Shown: positions 36,821 to 42,463 of the stretch, piece by piece
Position numbering within the stretch: the stretch's first letter is position 1
How the letters are laid out: every line of letters begins with the position of its first letter
Source of the DNA: Ministeria vibrans ATCC 50519
Lineage: Eukaryota > Protista > Filasterea
Length of the DNA stretch: 42,463 nt
Assembly: GCA_943704425.1 (NCBI GenBank)
Contig: CALSCP010001078.1
Coordinates: 1 to 42,463 of the forward strand
Direction: 5' to 3'
Notes under the pieces: generated by a model
Told to the model about the DNA's origin: nothing
Database searches by the model: none
Seen by the model: only the letters and a program-made list of their open reading frames with translations
Made by a program: the position numbers and the translations under genes

Positions 36821-39800
36821 ATGGCTTCGAGTGAGCCGGAGATGCCCAGCGAAGCCTCTCACCAACCCCCGGCGCTGCAAGGTGCGTCGCAGCCCGTCCG
36901 GCGTGCGTTGCCTGCGCCTCTTGCGTCTCCCTTCGCCCTTTGCTCTCTTTGCTCGTCCTCTCCTCCCTCGATCTGGCGCCCTTCGCCTTCCTCGCCCGCC
37001 TGATCCCTTGCCGCCCTTTTTTGTGCCTATTGATCGCCGCTGGGTCTCTATCGCCCGAGTATTCTTCTCCGAATCGCTTAAAAACTTCTTTTTTTTTTTC
37101 TTCGTTTTTTTTTGTCTTTTTTCGCTTTCTTTTTTTTATGTTTCTGTTTTTGTCCTAAAAACTGCTCTGTAGGCGAATCACCAGACGGCTCTGGCGAAGA
37201 GCGCGAGCAGTCATTGAGTATATCTGTCAATACGGACGAACTGGAGTCGGCGAGAGTGGCGGGTGTCGTCAAAATGTCGGGTGGTTTCTCGTTGATCATT
37301 GAGGATGACGGTGCCAACGCGCACGCTCCACAGGCGGCCGAAGCGGAGGCGTCAGAGGCCACCGAGGCGCACACAGGTGCTGAGGCAACGTCCTCGCGCG
37401 ACTCGAAGGCGGACGAGGCGGACGAGACGCCACAAGAGGCAGAGACAGCGACCACCGCGGAGAGTGCATTGAATCTGTATGCGTCGGCGGTGGACGATGG
37501 CGATGACCACGACGACGACGGCGATGGCCACGACGGCGATGGCCACGACCACGACGGCGACACTTCCATGAACATGAACGAGCCCGATGGTGTCGTCGAG
37601 TGTCCCAGCGAGGCGTCCAACAGCGACGGGGCGCTCCAAAACGCCGAGACGCCCGACAGCCTGTCCGACGGCGACAGCACCAGTGGTGGAGCTTCGATGC
37701 AATCGTTTGACGTTACTGAAGAGAACGATTGTGTGCCGGAATTGCCATCGGGCGACAGTTTTATGTCGGGCTTGGTGGGCGGTGGGTCGGCGACGTCGCT
37801 TCTGAGCACTAGCAGTGGCCATAGTAAGGTGGGCCGGCGAGGCAGTCTTCGTGAGCCACGATACAAGGCAGTGCCCAAAAAGGTGGAGTGGCAGCTGCCC
37901 GAAGACCATACGGACCGTTCGAACGATCCACCACCTCCACGGCCCAAACGATTGCGCCGTCGAATTCTGCTCGAAGGGCAATCGGTGTCGCAGTTGCTAG
38001 TTCTCTACAGTGACATGTGCAAGCGACTTAAGGTGCGCCAGCTCAAGCCACTCGTACGACAGTTGCAGGACATCATTGCACACAACGAGCCACTGGTGCA
38101 CGCCCTCTCGTTCAAGGGCATCACGGCCGTCACCGACCCCAAGCGATGGCACTCCATCTGGGAGGTGCTCATCAATTGCCCTCAGGTATGCGTGACAACA
38201 GAGTGTGTGTTGTTGAAAAACCACTCACCTATTACTTTGCTGTACTTTTTTTATTTTGTACTAATTTTAATGCAGTTGCACGAGTTGAGTTTTGAAGGGT
38301 GCAACCTGACGGACCGCAATTTGTTCTCGCTGTCGCGGGGATTGCTAATGCGGCGCAGCATCCGCTTCCTGCACATTGGCAACAACCATCTGAAACCGCG
38401 GGGGCTCGAGTCGTTGATCCGTCTGTTGTCGTCGTCGCCCTACTTGCGCGTGCTGGACCTCAGCGGAAACCCCATTGACAAGAAACGTGCCTTTGTGCTG
38501 GGGCGTGCCGTCGCCGTCGCCTGCAACCTCGACACCCTCATCATGCAGCGCTGTGCGCTCAAGACCCAACATGCCCTTGACCTTCTCGTTCAGGCGCTCA
38601 CCATCAATCGTACTGTTCGCACATGGGACATCCAGAAGAACCACATTGACTCCAAGGTATCTTTTTTCGTTTTTTTTTTTCAACCCGCCTTTTCTTTTTG
38701 CTTTCTAACTTTCTAATTTAACTGAAACGTTTTTTTTTTATATCTTTAGGGCGCCCATCTTATTTCAGCTCTTCTCATGCGAAAGAATCTGTTGGAACGA
38801 ATTGATCTGCGCGACAACGAATTGGGTGTAAGAGCAACAAAAAAAACGCCTATCAAGATTCTCTTTATCATGATGATAAAAAACTTCATGCTAACTTTTG
38901 AATTGTACAATAATGCATTGTAGGATGTGGGCGCGGAATTGCTTGCCTCTGCGCTGCGGGTCAACACGAGTATCCGAGCACTCGCACTCGCCGGAAACAA
39001 CATTCATGAAATGGGCTTCTTTTCCATCTTTCAGGCGCTGGTATGTCACTCGCTCACGCACACGCTGTCAAAGACTTTGACTAAACTCTGGTTTTGTATC
39101 TTGTTTGTCTTGTTCATTTTGTGTGTTAGGGTCGCAACCGTACACTCGAAGTGCTTGACCTCAGTCACAATCCCGGTGCTACTCCCTTGGCTGTAAGTGC
39201 TCTCCCATCGATTTACATTGTTTCTTTGTCTTTGTTTCTGTCTAATTTTGTTTCTTTCTCTCTCCTTTCTACCTCTCTCTCGCTTTGTTTCTTTCTCCTC
39301 CTTTTCTATCTCTCTATCACTTTGTTTCTTTCTCCCTCCTTTCAATTTTTTTCTCTCTCTTGCCATAGATGGACGCTGCTAAGGCAATGCTGCTTACTCA
39401 GCCCGCACTGCGCAAACTCAAACTCAACAATGTCAAACTAAACGCTCTCGGTATTCACCAACTCACTGTTGCTTACCACAACATAACCACGCTTTTCGTG
39501 TTTCTCAAGGGTGCATCTCATTGGCTGAGGCACTTTCGGACACTGTTGAGCTGCGAGAGGTGTCGCTGGAAGGGAACAAGCTGGAGGTGGCGGGCATGAT
39601 GGCTATTGCGCAGGCCCTGCGCGGCAACTACCACATTCTCGAGGTCATGTACAGTCGTCTCTCTTCTGAGGTACCCATCTCATCTGTCCTATCCCTCTCT
39701 CTACTTTGTTATTTCTTTCTCCCTTATCTCTCTTTCTCTCGCTTACTCTGTTCATTCTCCCTTCTCTTTTGCTCATTCTGTTCATATTATTGGAATAATA

Positions 39801-40883
39801 CTGATAATAATATTATTATTTTTATTGTAATAAATTTATTATTATTATTATTAATATTATTATTATTATTGTAATTATTTTTTATTATAGCCGTCATATT
39901 GCGCTGATTTCCGACACGAGCTGTCGCTACTGCTGGAGCGCAACCGCGAGCTTGCGCTCGAGAGAGAACTGTCGCGACTCAACGAGGTGAGCCAGGTTGA
40001 GGAGAGTCTTCCCAGAAGACCGCTGTCGCCGGCGCGCGCGCAGAGCACTACCAATTTGGCGACGGGGACCAAGCCCATTTTGTTTGGCGAGGAGGGTACG
40101 TCGATGCGGACGCCCGAGGGGAAGCTTGTGCGCCGTCACGACTCGCTTTACATTGCACCGCGGACGCAAGACAACAACGCCGGCAGCACTGATAGTACTG
40201 GGGACGGTGCTGCGGCCGACGAAACTGCAGCGCCGGCGTCCGTGGAGTTACAGCCGAGTGTGAAGCGCACGCCATCGTCGGATTTGGCTTTGGACGATGG
40301 TCAAGACCGCATGCTCGAGGAGAAGAACGCCATTTTCCGACGGGCTGTGCACCGCAGAGACTCAGTCATGATGCAGTCGCGCGAGCGCAAAAAGTACGGC
40401 AGCGCAGGATCAGCTGAGGCGCGTCAGGCAGAGGTGTTTGAGGAGGAGGAGGAGGAGGAAGAGCAGACGCAAGAGTCGCCTCGGGCGCATCGCACGAAGC
40501 GTGCTCAAGATGAGCGGCTGGCAGAGGAGGAGGAGGATGACGATGACGATGTAGAGTATGACGGTGAAAAGTTGAAGCAGGAGTTATCGGCAGAGCTGGT
40601 GCCGTTCAGCGGGGTGCGCGATGTGGACGGAAACGAAGTTGATGTCGAAGACGCACTGTATGAGGAGGACGAGGAGGGCGGCGAAAGTGGAAGTGGGGGA
40701 GCAGTGGACAATAGTGAGGAGGACGCTGACCACGACGAAGATGCGGACAATGTGCTACCCATGGTGTCACTACCGACTCCTCGTCGCCTCATCGTCAACA
40801 AGCGCCTGTCCGCTCTCGGTTCCTTTGACGACGACATGTACGACGACGATGAGATCCTTGTCGATGCCGAGGCCAATGCCTGA
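36821..40883 (+). CDS. RI-like LRR protein, PPP1R37 (LRRC68)-like PP1 regulator
   Basis: RVxF-type KKVEW precedes YSDMCKRLKVRQLKPLVRQLQD, which resembles the PPP1R37 pre-LRR segment. Multiple LxxLDLSGN / LALAGNNI repeats follow over ~9 exons, with acidic N- and C-terminal tails. Confidence 0.75.
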
Positions 40884-41278
40884 CGCGTGTGTGTGTTTCT
40901 GTGTGCGTTTCTGTCTGTGCATGTGTGTGTGGCCCTCTGTTACTTTGTACAATGCAAGAGAAAAGCTAATAATAATAATTCAAAAAAAAAACTGAGTTGA
41001 ACATTTTGCATAAAAATTCCCCATTTTTCATATCAAGGTACAATTTTATTGTGGTTTCTCTCACTCGACTCTCACTCTCTCTTCAAACACTCACAACACT
41101 CTAATCACGGAAAAAAAAGAAAGGAAACCAAAAAATGGGGGAAAACGGAGAAAAACGTAATAAAATAAAAAGAGGGAAAAGGAGAGGGGATACAAGAGAG
41201 GAGTGAGGTGGAGAGAAAGATGAGAGAGAGGGAAGAAGACGGTTGGTTTTTTGTTTGAGATGGAGTTGTGGGGGTGAG

Positions 41279-41915
41279 TTAGAGGAGGATGCAAGTCCTC
41301 TTCTTGGGTTTGGTGTTCATGAGGGCCGCCTCAGCTGCTTTGGTGAAGACTGTGTTGACATTCTCGTTGAGCAGCGATGAGCACTCGACAAACGCCACTG
41401 CGTTGATTTCGTAACCCTTCTGTCGACCCTTCTCAACCGAGACAGGTTCTGCCCCCTCCGACTTGAGCGACTAAACAGCACAAAAAAACAAAACAGGATG
41501 AGCAAGTGATTGAAAATTATTATTAATTTAATTTATAATGTAAATGAAAATATTACCTCAATGGTCTTTTCGTCTTCCAACAAATCAATCTTGAGTGCGA
41601 CGAGGATGACGGGTACGCCCGGGCAAAAGTGGTTGAGTTCGGGAATCCATTTGTCGGTGACGTTTTCAAATGAGGTGGGACTGTCGACGGCATAGCACAC
41701 AAGCACTACGTCTGTGTCGGGGTACGAGAGCTGCCTCAGCCTGTCGTAGTCGTCCTGCCCTGCTGTGTCCCACAACAGCAGATCCATGGTGTCACCCGGA
41801 CTATACAATACCAACGAAGGGTCAGTCAGATAACAAGAGCTACGAGTGTGCCTCGTTCATACCTCCCACCGGCACTGCTAGGTAGTTCGATGCTCGCCAC
41901 GAAGTTGTCAAAAAC
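41279..41915 (-). CDS. Rho-family small GTPase, 3' exons (P-loop exon not in window)
   Basis: [61 protein letters not shown], and a polybasic C-terminus with CaaL ([10 protein letters not shown]). Confidence 0.92.
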
Positions 41916-42463
41916 CTACATCACACATCATACAATGAGTCGAAACACGGTTGGCGAGCAGGCGGAACCCACATGGCAAGTATCGGGGGGTTATGGGGTG
42001 GACAAACAAGAACAAAGTCATTGTCAGAGAGGGCCCTCCCCACTACGTGGGGAGGGCGAATGGTTAGGCATTAAGTGTTCGGTAATATGAAACGGGTGAA
42101 AAAAAAAAAAAAAAAAAAAGTCTTCCAAAGACACTTCTAAGGAGAGCAAACGACAGCGATCCGGCCCGCATCGGACAGGTGTGGGCAGCGGCAGTCAAAA
42201 ATAGAGAGCGTGTGGGACGCAGCATGCGAGGGTGAAGCGTTCGCAAACAGAGAACCAAAAGGTGGCGTAACGTCATCAATTCAAAAAAAGCCTTTTCGCC
42301 CCAGTGACGATATAGCTGCGAAAGGAGAGCCAGAAAAGCACACAGGGAGTGCCGCGTGTGCCGCATGGGCCGATACGGCGCCCAGCAGACGGATGCGCGT
42401 GGACAGGCGTTTGAGTTTGCCAATGGGAAACAGTGAAAACGAAAAAAAAAAAAAAGAAAAAAA

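Noticed and set aside
38657-38749. GTATCTTTT donor resembling a U12-type intron
   Set aside because: It mismatches RTATCCTT, lacks a TCCTTAAC branch near the acceptor, and has a normal polypyrimidine tract.

Overview
Gene-dense, intron-containing eukaryotic DNA (standard code, short GT-AG introns, many microsatellites), most likely from a unicellular protist. A holozoan/amorphean-type lineage is an inference from gene content. I reconstructed about 19 protein genes by hand: an orphan Cys-rich/polyQ protein, a cyclin K/T/L-type cyclin, FAM50/XAP5, a coiled-coil protein, BolA2, a nardilysin-like M16 peptidase, the first exon of crooked-neck (CRNKL1), RPS13 lacking its first exon, a monoamine-oxidase-like flavoprotein, transportin-3, an ankyrin-RING-pseudokinase, SDF2, RPS2, a TFIIIC-subunit-6-like protein, TSEN2, a truncated myotubularin, a truncated SEC31, a truncated secreted peptidoglycan-binding/L,D-transpeptidase-like protein, a PPP1R37-like LRR protein and the 3' part of a Rho GTPase. 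The most notable items are: (i) the bacterial-type PG-binding + YkuD-like secreted protein carrying spliceosomal introns; (ii) the Ank-RING-pseudokinase architecture; (iii) a tail-anchored MAO with an altered aromatic cage; (iv) three places where genes break off at low-complexity tracts, probably assembly mis-joins but testable; and (v) repeated tight head-to-head gene pairs. No RNA genes, CRISPR arrays or transposases were recognised. All family calls are from motif recognition, not database searches.
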